The notes under the pieces are model-generated. The model was not told the DNA's origin, ran no database searches, and was given only the letters and a program-made list of their open reading frames with translations. A stretch of 62,197 nt of DNA, filler included. It is 4 parts of 4 records of this genome, joined end to end, with 100 filler letters (N's around TTAATTAATTAA, not from the genome) between each part and the next. Parts side by side here need not be neighbours in the genome. Positions count along the whole stretch, not along the records: positions 40,150 to 55,935 come from DRR723986_7771; 3 more parts are not named here. One strand, given 5' to 3'. Positions 40,274 to 50,235 of the stretch are shown piece by piece. A program made the translations under genes and the position numbers. Each line of letters starts with the position of its first letter. Position 1 is the stretch's first letter.

Positions 40274-42232
40274 CTAATCCGGAAGTGATAGAATCAATAT
40301 ACCATTAAAAGGGGAGACACTTGACATCGAGCCTGGATGCTCAGAAAGCCGACGCAGCATGTCGCTTTTGTTAAACACTTCGTCCGCCTGATTGCGCCGC
40401 CGTGGAGATTCCAGAATTTTGAACGTGTTACCGCCCGACGTCAGCAAATCAACCGCCTGTTTATATGCCGCGCTGCCGGAGTTAAGCCCCGAATCAAAGA
40501 GCACAAGTTCCTTGCGCGAATTAACAATTGGGCTGCTGTCCTCACCCTCACGAAAGCGCAAAGTACCGCTGCTGATGACCTGCGAACCGCCGCTGGAATC
40601 GCTTACCGTAAACTCGTAAACCGTTGGGTGTTCAATCAAAATTCCCAAATCGTACGCAAACTTAATTGGCACTTCCAGGCGCTCAGGAGGCATGCCTTCG
40701 CCGCCAAGTGAATCAACTTTTATGCCATTGTAGCGCAGGGACAGAGCCCAGCTGGTAACGCCTGCTTCGGAAATAATATCGGGCAAAAAACGTACCACGG
40801 GAGTGCTGCCGAGGGCAATTGTATCCAGCGAACGCACAAAATGTTTACCGTCGGCGAATTGAATGTCGAGTTCGAGTGGCGGCACAACTTCTTCTGGAAG
40901 GCCACTGCCCGGTTTTGTGTTAACTTCCAGTTGTGAATTTTTGACGCTATTGGTAAGCGCAGCAAAACGCAGGGCGCGCAGTTCGGAGGACGCACCTTTT
41001 TCACCTTGAGAGAAGTAGCCGATTGAGATGCTGTTAACATCACTTTCGGGCGCACCAATCGTCAGCGGTAGGTCTGCGTAACAACCATAAAGCGGATTAA
41101 CCTTACGGAAGGCCTCTTCGCGCTGAGACTTGGGCCGCGGGCTGTAAAACTGCGGAACCTGAATCAGACGCTCCACACGTGTGGGCTCCAAATCAAGCGT
41201 CAGTGTTTCGGTCTCGCTGCCATTATCGTCTATAAACACGGCCCGAACATTCCCAGTTAACAGGGGCATGGGCGCTGGTATTTCTTGCAGCCAATTTTCG
41301 TGTATTTTTGTTAAAATATAACGTTCGGTTTCACCTTCTACCGATGTTTCTTCAATCTTGCGCTCGCGCAGAGTCATGCGTTCGGCTTCAATTCCAAAGG
41401 TGAGTGACATCGCGGTATCGCGCTGAATAACGGTGTCACGCCGAATATACTTGTCGGGCCGTGCGCCAAAAGCCAGAGCCACGCCACCGCGAATTGACCA
41501 GGTTTTCCATTCCGTGTCACTGACCAAATTGTTTAAGCCCAGGACTGCGTCCACCGACGGACGAATGACAGCGTCGGCGCCACCAATCGGAATATCGTAA
41601 CCGACACCCAGGTGCACAGCCATCTGCATGTTTAACTCGGGAACGTCACCAGATTTTTCAGGAAACTCAAACACCAAATCAGTTCCGGCGGGCAAACCCT
41701 GCTGCTGCTCGTACGTTCCGGCGGCAAACAGCGAAAAATGCGCACCAAGTGTAAGCCACGGCCAATAAGGTTCGCGCCAGGCCAAGTAGGGCTCAAGCGC
41801 AATCGCATCCAGACTGGTGGTTAACTCATGCCTGAACATTGTGTTCAGCGGCGCATCATTGGAGAGAACTACGGTTGGCTCAAAGGCCAGGAATTGCGGA
41901 CTGTAATGTTGATATTCCAGGCGCAAACCCGCATGGAAAGGCGTGTTGAGCGGCAGTTCTACAAAAGTGAAAAGGCTGAATTGAATTTCGGTTGTGTCAC
42001 CAAATACCGCATCTGCTTTGGGTACGCCCGGCAAATTGTTAAAGTCTGCCGAATGCGTGACCTGGCCCGCACCAACTCCCAGCCCATATTGAATATCGCC
42101 TGAGCGCGCCAATATTTGCACAGTTGGGCACAGACATAGCGCGATTGTGCACAGTAATAGCCTGCCGAAAATTAAACGGGTGTAAGCACGGGTTGAGAGT
42201 CGTCTCATGCGTTGCGGCAGGTGTGTGAACAA
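40274..42232 (-). CDS. Outer-membrane protein: N-terminal beta-barrel plus extended C-terminal region
   Basis: Signal-like segment and alternating aromatic/aliphatic strands (HLGVGYDIP, SIRGGVALAF); start uncertain. Confidence 0.6.
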   Translation of the reverse strand: MFTHLPQRMRRLSTRAYTRLIFGRLLLCTIALCLCPTVQILARSGDIQYGLGVGAGQVTHSADFNNLPGVPKADAVFGDTTEIQFSLFTFVELPLNTPFHAGLRLEYQHYSPQFLAFEPTVVLSNDAPLNTMFRHELTTSLDAIALEPYLAWREPYWPWLTLGAHFSLFAAGTYEQQQGLPAGTDLVFEFPEKSGDVPELNMQMAVHLGVGYDIPIGGADAVIRPSVDAVLGLNNLVSDTEWKTWSIRGGVALAFGARPDKYIRRDTVIQRDTAMSLTFGIEAERMTLRERKIEETSVEGETERYILTKIHENWLQEIPAPMPLLTGNVRAVFIDDNGSETETLTLDLEPTRVERLIQVPQFYSPRPKSQREEAFRKVNPLYGCYADLPLTIGAPESDVNSISIGYFSQGEKGASSELRALRFAALTNSVKNSQLEVNTKPGSGLPEEVVPPLELDIQFADGKHFVRSLDTIALGSTPVVRFLPDIISEAGVTSWALSLRYNGIKVDSLGGEGMPPERLEVPIKFAYDLGILIEHPTVYEFTVSDSSGGSQVISSGTLRFREGEDSSPIVNSRKELVLFDSGLNSGSAAYKQAVDLLTSGGNTFKILESPRRRNQADEVFNKSDMLRRLSEHPGSMSSVSPFNGILILSLPD

Positions 42233-42234
42233 TT

Positions 42235-43470
42235 CTACTCTTTGATTAACAAACGAGTAACAGAGTTGGCGTTTATAGACAAACGCAGGAAGTAGAGCCC
42301 CGTAGGCAGCACAGCCGGAAGGGAACTCGTGAATTCAACTACGCCGTTTTCGAGCGGCAAAAATTCTGTGAGGTTGCGAACCAGTTCGCCCCGTGAGTTA
42401 AACAGCAAAAGCTGTACATCGTCAAAACGCGCCAGATCATCATCACTTTCGGCGCTGGTGGCACGAATTGTAACTGACTCCTGGACAGGGTTGGGCTGGA
42501 TTTCGAGCAGAAGATCGGCGCGACTGGGATTTAGCAGACGCGGAATTCCGTTTTCTACGTAGACATCTTCGATCAGGAAACTGCCGTCGCCGATGCCAAC
42601 GGGGCTTAACAAAGTATCCCGCGGAACCGGATTTAAGGGAGCATTCCAGGTGAATGTAATAATGTTTATCGCAGATTCCTGCAGGTCGCCAAGCATAACC
42701 ACCATTGGCATTGTAAACAGGGTATCACCTTCATCCAGGGCCGAGGCACGTGTGATTGTCCGCGTTTGCAGGATTGTCTGCCGTCCGCGTACGATTGGCG
42801 CGCGATCACCAATCGCGGCGGGAATCAGCACGGAAGCGTTAATTGAGTAGGCAATGCGTGCCGAATTTGCGCGCGTCAATGTGTAGTTACGCGAATCAAA
42901 ACGCTCCAGAATGACCGGGACATTTACTGTATCGCCTATTTTGCCGGAAATCGCAGGAATGTAAACGCTGTCAATCGCAGTGCGATCCTGAAACAGGTTG
43001 GCGCGCAGCTCTACTCGTATGGTGTCGTTGCGTCCGTTGATTTGCAGTGTAGCCGTTTTAATGCCGTTCGGCTCGGGGTCCAGCGGCGGCGGTGGGCGGA
43101 AGGTAACGGCAATGCCGATGCGAGAGTCACGCCGGATTACAAGACGTGTAGTTCTTTCGACTCTAAAAAAGCGTTCATCCGGTCCACTCAGCGTTGGGCC
43201 GGGCAGTTGAATGTCGTTGTTGGTGCAGTTGCTGATCTGCAGAGTCAGAGTGCGCCCATCTGCTTCGCGATCCACCGATCCAAAATTGAGCGTTTCAGGC
43301 GCCACAATCGAGTTGTCCGCCAAAAGCTGATCGCCGCCGGACTTGGATTGGGCCAGGGTGGGTATCGACACGCAAATACATGCCAGCAGAGCGACACTCA
43401 AAGCACATACGGCGGACAGCAACGGGGGGTAAAACCCATGTCTACAGTGAAAATATCGATGCATATTCAT
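42235..43470 (-). CDS. Secreted protein with ASH/Ig-like domain and T9SS C-terminal sorting domain
   Basis: LNFGSV..LQISN..AVTFRP..ATLQI Ig pattern; C-terminal IQPNPV..LFNSRGELV..LPTGLYFLRL. Confidence 0.8.
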   Translation of the reverse strand: MNMHRYFHCRHGFYPPLLSAVCALSVALLACICVSIPTLAQSKSGGDQLLADNSIVAPETLNFGSVDREADGRTLTLQISNCTNNDIQLPGPTLSGPDERFFRVERTTRLVIRRDSRIGIAVTFRPPPPLDPEPNGIKTATLQINGRNDTIRVELRANLFQDRTAIDSVYIPAISGKIGDTVNVPVILERFDSRNYTLTRANSARIAYSINASVLIPAAIGDRAPIVRGRQTILQTRTITRASALDEGDTLFTMPMVVMLGDLQESAINIITFTWNAPLNPVPRDTLLSPVGIGDGSFLIEDVYVENGIPRLLNPSRADLLLEIQPNPVQESVTIRATSAESDDDLARFDDVQLLLFNSRGELVRNLTEFLPLENGVVEFTSSLPAVLPTGLYFLRLSINANSVTRLLIKE

Positions 43471-43733
43471 AGTTGTTTCCGCTGAAACGCCGCTTTTTTC
43501 AAACAGCGATAATACAAAAAGAGTAGCGGCCGGACAAATGCGACTGCCGGGACCCGCGTTACGGTATTTGGCCGCGGCGACTGTAGCGAGTATTTTGCAG
43601 TCACCATATTCTGGATAAATGCGCTGCCGGCGGCTATGTTACGGGGAATCCTGCGGCGGCACGACTCGCGCAGGCGCATAAAATCTGGAATTCTGACTGC
43701 TCTCTTGTTCTACAACTGTCTGACGGCTGCAAC

Positions 43734-46472
43734 ATGCAATGTTCTCGATTAGGTCTTTCCGGGTCTGCGGAATTTACGTGCAAGAATTCGCGCAACATTA
43801 ATGGGCTGATTTTCTCACTGTTTTTCGGCATGGCATTTTTCTGTTTGTCTCCGGGATTACATGCCCAGGACACCGATTCCGGTGTGCTTGAAGGTCAGAT
43901 TCTGAATGCGGAATCCGGTGATCCGATTCCCGGTGCCGTGATTGCCGTGCTGGGGCTGCGACGCGGTGGAATCAGTCGCGCCGATGGCTCTTTCCGCATT
44001 TCACTGCCGGCCGGTGTTTATACTGTCCGGATTTCGGCTTTGGGCTACGGCCTGGTACAGGAAGAAGTCACCATCGTCATTGGTGAAAGTACCGTCAAAG
44101 AATTCAATCTGGAAAGCAGCGTCGTACAGCTGGGTGAAGTTACGGTAACAGTTGGTTCACGTGCCGATAGAACGGCGATTGAGACAGCCGCACCGGTAGA
44201 TATCATCGATTCACGTGCCATTGAGCGCGGCGGCTACACGGAGCTGGGCGAAGCACTCCAGCAATTGGCGCCGTCCTTCTTTTCGGCCAATCAAACGGTC
44301 TCGGACGGCACGGATCACGTTGATCCCGCCAGTTTGCGCGGCCTGGGGCCAGATCAGGTGCTCGTCCTGGTTAACGGTAAACGCCGGCATAGTTCCGCGC
44401 TGGTGAACGTCAATGGCACAGTGGGACGCGGCACAGTCGGCACCGACTTTAACGCGATTCCCGTCGCGGCGATTCACCGGATTGAAATCCTGCGTGACGG
44501 CGCCGGCGCACAGTACGGGTCTGACGCCATTGCAGGTGTAATTAACATTGTCCTTAAGTCCGATGCGCGTTTGTTGGAGGCCGGCACAGTCGTAGGCACC
44601 ACCGCCGAAGGTGACGGTGAGGAAGTCATGGCATATGCAAATCTGGGCGCTGAGCTGGGAGACATGGGCTATGCGATGATCAGTGCAGAGGTGCGCGACC
44701 GCGCGCCAACCAATCGTGCCGGTGAATATACCGGATCGGTGTACGACGCTGATGCCGCAACCGATGAAGCCCAGATTGCGGCGCGTGGTTTTGACCGTGC
44801 CGCCATGCAAATTGGGCGTTCCGAGCAGAGCAGCGCCGCCATTTTTGTGAACGCACTTACGCCGATTTCGCAGGAAGTTGACTTCTACGCTTTTGGAGGT
44901 CTCAGCTTCCGCGAAGGCAATGGTTTTGGTTTTTATCGTTATCCCATCCAGGAAGAGCGCGGCAATCTGGAACTGTATCCCGACGGCTTTTTACCTGAAA
45001 TTTCCACTACAATTTTGGATAAGTCGCTGGCACTGGGTTTAAGTGCGTATTACGGTGACTGGATCAGCAATTTCAGTCTGAATCACGGTGGCAACCAATT
45101 TGCCTTTGGTGTTAACAATTCTTTGAATGCTTCACTGGGGCTTGCCACGCCGACGGAGTTTGACGCAGGCAGTGTTTTATATGATCAGACCAGTCTGAAT
45201 GTAGATATGTTACGCTACTTTGACAACGCCTTGCTGGGTGCGGCAGTTACATTGGCGCTTGGCGGTGAATATCGCGTTGAACATTATGCAATTGCAGCCG
45301 GCGATCCTGAATCGTATTCTTTTGGTGGTGATACTACCAGTTCCGGCGCGGTAAAATCACCTGGAGCGCAGGTGTTTCCCGGATTTCAGCCTGCAAACGA
45401 AGTCGATGAATATCGCAGTAATCTGGCTTTGTATGCCGAACTTGAAAGTGACCTGACCGAGCAATTGTTTTTGGGGCTTGCCGCGCGTTATGAGAACTAC
45501 AGTGATTTTGGCGATCAGATCAGCGGCAAGTTCTCGGCACGCTTTGAGCCTATCGAAAATCTGGCGCTGCGTGCTACAGTTGGTAATGGATTCCGCGCGC
45601 CTTCACTACATCAGCGTTACTTCAATAATATCAGCACGCAGTTTGTGGAAGATCCTACGTCCGGGGCGCTCGTAGCCCGCCAGGTGCTGACGAGTGAAAA
45701 CAGCAGCCCCGTTACACGCGCCTTTGGGATTCCAGTCCTCAAGGAAGAGACGTCGATCAATATGAGCGCCGGAATAGTTGCGCGCCCAATCGATAATCTC
45801 TCACTGACCGTAGACCTGTATCAAATTGATATCGACAACCGGATTGTGCTTTCAGGACGATTTTCTGACAGCGATCCGGCCGCCGCGCAGATTCTGGCCC
45901 CGTTTACCTCAGTAAGTGCCGCACAGTTTTTTACAAATGCTGTGGATACGCGCACACAGGGGGTTGACCTTGTTTTGGCTTACAACGTCAAGATTAGCGC
46001 GGGAGAGTTAAACTCCAGCATTGCCCTTAATCTGACGAAAACCGAGGTGCAGAACCTGAATGTTCCCGATAATCTGACCGGCCTGGAAACAACATTGTTT
46101 AACAGGGAAGAACGTTCGCGCCTGGAGAGTGCGTCACCAAATGAGCAGGTGACTCTGGGCCTGGCCTATCTGCTGGACAACTGGACTGTCTCGGCGCGTG
46201 TTAATTACTTTGGATCTGTGGAATACGTGCATCCCAGCCTGCCGGCGAATGACCAGACATTCAGCGCAAAAACGCTGCTGGATGCTGAGTTGCAATACAA
46301 GCTGTTTGAGACTCTGCGCATCGGGCTTGGCGGCAAAAATGTGTTTAATGTTTATCCGGATGAAAACATCGAAGCCAATCGCAGTCAGGGACGGTTTGTG
46401 TACAGTCGCCGCGTGACGCAGTTTGGATTTGAAGGCGCCAATTACTACCTGAAGTTGCACCTGACGCTCTGA
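43734..46472 (+). CDS. TonB-dependent receptor with N-terminal CarboxypepD-like domain
   Basis: EVTVTVGSR TonB box; plug LRGLGPDQVLVLVNGKRRH and GAQYGSDAIAGVINI; barrel GFRAPSL. Confidence 0.93.
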   Translation: MQCSRLGLSGSAEFTCKNSRNINGLIFSLFFGMAFFCLSPGLHAQDTDSGVLEGQILNAESGDPIPGAVIAVLGLRRGGISRADGSFRISLPAGVYTVRISALGYGLVQEEVTIVIGESTVKEFNLESSVVQLGEVTVTVGSRADRTAIETAAPVDIIDSRAIERGGYTELGEALQQLAPSFFSANQTVSDGTDHVDPASLRGLGPDQVLVLVNGKRRHSSALVNVNGTVGRGTVGTDFNAIPVAAIHRIEILRDGAGAQYGSDAIAGVINIVLKSDARLLEAGTVVGTTAEGDGEEVMAYANLGAELGDMGYAMISAEVRDRAPTNRAGEYTGSVYDADAATDEAQIAARGFDRAAMQIGRSEQSSAAIFVNALTPISQEVDFYAFGGLSFREGNGFGFYRYPIQEERGNLELYPDGFLPEISTTILDKSLALGLSAYYGDWISNFSLNHGGNQFAFGVNNSLNASLGLATPTEFDAGSVLYDQTSLNVDMLRYFDNALLGAAVTLALGGEYRVEHYAIAAGDPESYSFGGDTTSSGAVKSPGAQVFPGFQPANEVDEYRSNLALYAELESDLTEQLFLGLAARYENYSDFGDQISGKFSARFEPIENLALRATVGNGFRAPSLHQRYFNNISTQFVEDPTSGALVARQVLTSENSSPVTRAFGIPVLKEETSINMSAGIVARPIDNLSLTVDLYQIDIDNRIVLSGRFSDSDPAAAQILAPFTSVSAAQFFTNAVDTRTQGVDLVLAYNVKISAGELNSSIALNLTKTEVQNLNVPDNLTGLETTLFNREERSRLESASPNEQVTLGLAYLLDNWTVSARVNYFGSVEYVHPSLPANDQTFSAKTLLDAELQYKLFETLRIGLGGKNVFNVYPDENIEANRSQGRFVYSRRVTQFGFEGANYYLKLHLTL

Positions 46473-46476
46473 GAAA

Positions 46477-48705
46477 TCAGTTTAGAGTATATTCAAAGCC
46501 GAGCCTGAAACCGCGCCCCTGATGTGCCAATGCACCGACCGATAATCGGTCGGTGTACAACTCATCAAAGAGATTGTGCGCCGTAAAATTGAGCCTGAGC
46601 TTTGGCAGCACCTGCCATCCGCTGTTAAGTGTAACAATTGCAGCGCTGGAGCTAGGCGGCGTGTCTGCTGTAAACTGCGCGACACGCTCCGATGCAAACA
46701 GTGTGCGAAGCATAATTTGTGCATACCAGTCCTGTTGTTGAGTGCCCAGCGTCAGTTGAAGTTCCGGCTGAGGGATAAAACCGAGAGGATCATCCAGCGT
46801 GTGGTTTTGTCCGTAATACAGTCGAAACTGTGAAGCCAGTGTCCATTCAGGCAAAAAGGTCCAGGCGGCCTGCAGGTCTGTTCCCAGACGTGTTGCGCGG
46901 CCCAGATTTTCGAACTGCCGCAGTTCGGTACCAAAGTCTTCGCCTCCAACAATGTCATCAATTAGATACAGGAAAATGTTGGATGAGAAGCTCCAGCTGC
47001 TACTTGAGTGCTCAGCCCGCAGGTTAAACTGCAGGGCTTGCTCAGGATCGATGTCCGGATTGCCAAGGTAAAAATGGCCGTCCGAGACTTCAAAGAGCAG
47101 GTTTCCATACAGCTCAATTGGAGTCGGTGCGCGCCGCACAAACGCAACACTGAAGTCTAGCGCGGTATTTTGATCCACCTGCCAGGCCAGGGCTCCTGTT
47201 ATTCCACCTGAAAAAATGCTGCGCTGATCTGCACGCATCCCGGTTGAGGCTTCGAGTGCTCTGCGTCCGGCCTGATCGCCCAAATTGTTAACACCAAGTT
47301 CGAGTCTGGCCGAAACCTGCAGCAGCCAGTTTGGATCAAGTGCCCAGGGGAGTGTACCTGAGACTGCGAGATTGTCCGAATAGTAATCACCAATTGTTTT
47401 AACAAATGCCTGGTCCTGTGGATCATCCAGGTTGATCATGCGCATGTCTGCATCAAAATTGCGGCGAAACAGATTAAACTTCAGGCGTGGCAACAGAGCA
47501 CTGCCGGACTGAAGGTGTGCCCGCAGGGAAAGCCCCATGGTTTGTGAAACGCCGTACATCGGCATATTCATACCGGGCATGGCAACGCGCGTCCGAATCT
47601 CGTCCTCACTGCGATCATAGTCATCCATCCAATGTTTAATCTGGTTGGCGTACACGCGTGATTCCAGCTTAAACAAGGCCGATCCAGGAATGTGGATTTC
47701 ATGTGTTAAGGCGCCAATCCAGGCATCCGCGCTGCGTGCATCCATAATCATGGCTGGATAACCCACGTCGCGCGTGGCATCGTAAAGCAGGGAAGCCCGC
47801 AGTGTTTGATTCCGGCCCAGCCGGAGAGTGGCGGCCAGATGCGCATTCCACTTGTCAAATTCCGATCCTGCAATTGCCACGTTTTGACCGGCGGTATAGT
47901 CTTCACTGGCGCGTTGAGTGACGGAAAGCAGGATCGCCTTACTGCTATCTCCACCGGCGATACTGCCGAATAACTGGCGACCGCTGCCATTTGAATTGTA
48001 GGCCAGACCGAGTTTTCCACCCCAGGGCCTGGCGAGTTCCGCGCGCCGCATTTTAAGATTAATGCCGCCACCGATCACAGAGCTGTGCTCCAGGTCTGGA
48101 GCTTCCGTGTTAATCTCGGCTTTCTGCAGATTCTGTGGTTCCACATAGGCTGCTGCCGGATCCATATGGTCCACGCAGGCGCCCTGGATTTGCATGCCGT
48201 CGATCGTCAGTCCCTGGCTTGCACTGCGAATTCCATTAACGATCGGTTCATTGGCGAAACCAGCGCGGCGAACGAGGCAGACTCCGGGCTCGGCGGCGAT
48301 GGTCTCTTCGATGCTGCGTCCACCGCGGCTGCCATTGCGTCGGGCTCCTTCGTCAAACACAACTATGGCTCCTGTCTGAAATTCTGCGCGCCGTCGCAGA
48401 GAAAGTTCGAGCGTCGTATCTGCCGGGTTTAAGCCGGGAAGCGTTACCGAACGCTTGTAATCAAGGTAGTCAGAATGTGTGGCCTCAAATATATATGTGC
48501 CGCTGTTTAACTCAATTCGGCATATACCGGCTTCATCACTTATCTGTGCCTCGCTTGAATTGTTAATGCGCAGCATCACACCTGCAAGCGGAGCATTATT
48601 TTTGGCATCAGTAAATACGACACGAACGTTAGCTGCAGCAGCATTGCCGGCAGCTGACAGAAGTATCAACAGCGCAAGCAGCGCCGGAGGGATGCGTGTT
48701 TTCAT
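46477..48705 (-). CDS. TonB-dependent receptor with OprC/NosA-type copper motif
   Basis: Plug IDGMQIQGACVDHMDP (CxxxM), HWMDD (HxM), Met-rich MPGMNMPM, GNPDIDPE and C-terminal GFEYTLN. Confidence 0.85.
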   Translation of the reverse strand: MKTRIPPALLALLILLSAAGNAAAANVRVVFTDAKNNAPLAGVMLRINNSSEAQISDEAGICRIELNSGTYIFEATHSDYLDYKRSVTLPGLNPADTTLELSLRRRAEFQTGAIVVFDEGARRNGSRGGRSIEETIAAEPGVCLVRRAGFANEPIVNGIRSASQGLTIDGMQIQGACVDHMDPAAAYVEPQNLQKAEINTEAPDLEHSSVIGGGINLKMRRAELARPWGGKLGLAYNSNGSGRQLFGSIAGGDSSKAILLSVTQRASEDYTAGQNVAIAGSEFDKWNAHLAATLRLGRNQTLRASLLYDATRDVGYPAMIMDARSADAWIGALTHEIHIPGSALFKLESRVYANQIKHWMDDYDRSEDEIRTRVAMPGMNMPMYGVSQTMGLSLRAHLQSGSALLPRLKFNLFRRNFDADMRMINLDDPQDQAFVKTIGDYYSDNLAVSGTLPWALDPNWLLQVSARLELGVNNLGDQAGRRALEASTGMRADQRSIFSGGITGALAWQVDQNTALDFSVAFVRRAPTPIELYGNLLFEVSDGHFYLGNPDIDPEQALQFNLRAEHSSSSWSFSSNIFLYLIDDIVGGEDFGTELRQFENLGRATRLGTDLQAAWTFLPEWTLASQFRLYYGQNHTLDDPLGFIPQPELQLTLGTQQQDWYAQIMLRTLFASERVAQFTADTPPSSSAAIVTLNSGWQVLPKLRLNFTAHNLFDELYTDRLSVGALAHQGRGFRLGFEYTLN

Positions 48706-49520
48706 CAGGGAACCTGGACGAACATTTCAATCGATTCGATGCGTGCGCTCTGTTCATTAAGAGTCGGTACTTCAATCCCGACTGTCACGCGCCAGCGGCC
48801 GCTCATCGTGAAGTTAACGGCGCCATTAAATTGTCCGGGCATTTCACCGGCAACAGGAGTAACATTGTTGTTTGAACCGTGCCCCATACTGGGCATGTCC
48901 GGCTCCATTGTAAAGCTCGCAATGCTGACCGGCTGGAACTGCATGTGTGACTTGCGCATGTAAAGCATAAATTCCACATCATTCATTCCGATTTGCCAGT
49001 CGGCTTTTTTAAGTGCCAATGCATAGGTTCCGGCTTCTGTCAAAGCCGGATCAGTGACCATTTTGCAGTAGTCGGCCTGTTTTACCTCAAGAGGAAAGTT
49101 TGGCGAATACTCTTTGCCATCAATAGTGATGTTTAGTGCCAGGTTCCATTTGTTGTCCAGCATGGACGGCATGACAAAAACAATGTCAAACTTGCTGTCA
49201 TCTACGACTAAACGCGGAGCCGAGTGGAGATGAGTGCCCATGTCCATCGTTGGCAGGAATTGCCAGGAGTCGGGTGTAATCAACGCATCTGTTTGTTTAT
49301 CGCGAACTTCAATTTTGAAGTTGTTATAACCAACGTAGGGAGCCTCTTTTCCAAGGATGTTAATCCGGAAACCATCCAGATCAATGAATGTGACGACCGT
49401 TGAGAATTGTGCGTCAACATCTGTGTCCTGCGATGGTCCCGCAGAATCATCATCATCACACCCAATGACAAACAAAATGCTTATGCTTAAAAGTACTACC
49501 AGGGAATTGCGATTAAACAT
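48705..49520 (-). CDS. YtkA/FixH-like lipoprotein with Met/His metal-binding motifs
   Basis: Lipobox VIGC; PTMDMGTHLHSAP, PDMPSMGHGS and VNFTMSGRW; TGATG overlap with the TBDT. Confidence 0.8.
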   Translation of the reverse strand: MFNRNSLVVLLSISILFVIGCDDDDSAGPSQDTDVDAQFSTVVTFIDLDGFRINILGKEAPYVGYNNFKIEVRDKQTDALITPDSWQFLPTMDMGTHLHSAPRLVVDDSKFDIVFVMPSMLDNKWNLALNITIDGKEYSPNFPLEVKQADYCKMVTDPALTEAGTYALALKKADWQIGMNDVEFMLYMRKSHMQFQPVSIASFTMEPDMPSMGHGSNNNVTPVAGEMPGQFNGAVNFTMSGRWRVTVGIEVPTLNEQSARIESIEMFVQVP

Positions 49521-49803
49521 GATTTCACCAATTGTGAACGTGTATATGGAATTCTAATATTATTCGTACGGATATAAACATGTGTAACAGGGCATTGCGC
49601 TCCGGCCAAACACGTAGAACTGTCGAGGTAGAAACTACCCTGTAGAATCAATAAGTGCAACCTGAATCCTTCGCGAACTCGGATGCAAGAATTGCTGCAA
49701 ATGGAGAGTTTCGTCAGGCAATGCCGGAGCTACAACCAGACAACTCCAGGCAAATGCTGGAAATGCAGTTGAAAAAGCGAAAATGCAGGGAAGAATGTAA
49801 GAA

Positions 49804-50163
49804 TCAGGCGCGCGGCGGGTGTTCTGGGCGGCGCAGATATCCGTTAAGTTCGGATTCGGAGATTAAACTGTGATGTTCCAGAGTAATAATCGGTGTTTTG
49901 TTTAATTCCGCCAGGTTCTGAATAAGGGGTGCAAGTTGAATAACCTGACTGTCCAGTTGAAGCTGTTTACTGTCGGATGCATCACTTTCCTGTTCAACTT
50001 TAGTGATGTGACATTTACCTTTGCAGCATTCGGACTCGGGATTAACACAGTAGGTTTCGGCGATCCATTCGCTACAACCATAGTACGTGGTCCACAACAC
50101 GGTGGCGCCGTGAAAGTGAAAACCAAGGAGGACCAGAATTAATATTGCGACTGTTTTTTGCAC
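49804..50163 (-). CDS. Small Cys-rich exported-type protein ending in HPP (DUF2946/CruR-like leader candidate)
   Basis: N-terminal hydrophobic segment, YCVNPESECCKGKCH, C-terminal RRPEHPPRA*; GTG start. Confidence 0.7.
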   Translation of the reverse strand: MQKTVAILILVLLGFHFHGATVLWTTYYGCSEWIAETYCVNPESECCKGKCHITKVEQESDASDSKQLQLDSQVIQLAPLIQNLAELNKTPIITLEHHSLISESELNGYLRRPEHPPRA

Positions 50164-50235
50164 GGCTTCAAATTAACATTTTAGGGCTAGAATTGCAAGG
50201 CGAATACGCGATTGGATCGTTGATTAGTTGCGAAG

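Noticed and set aside
43471-43733. Possible cobalamin or TPP riboswitch before the TonB-dependent receptor
   Set aside because: No B12 box or TPP core motif could be found
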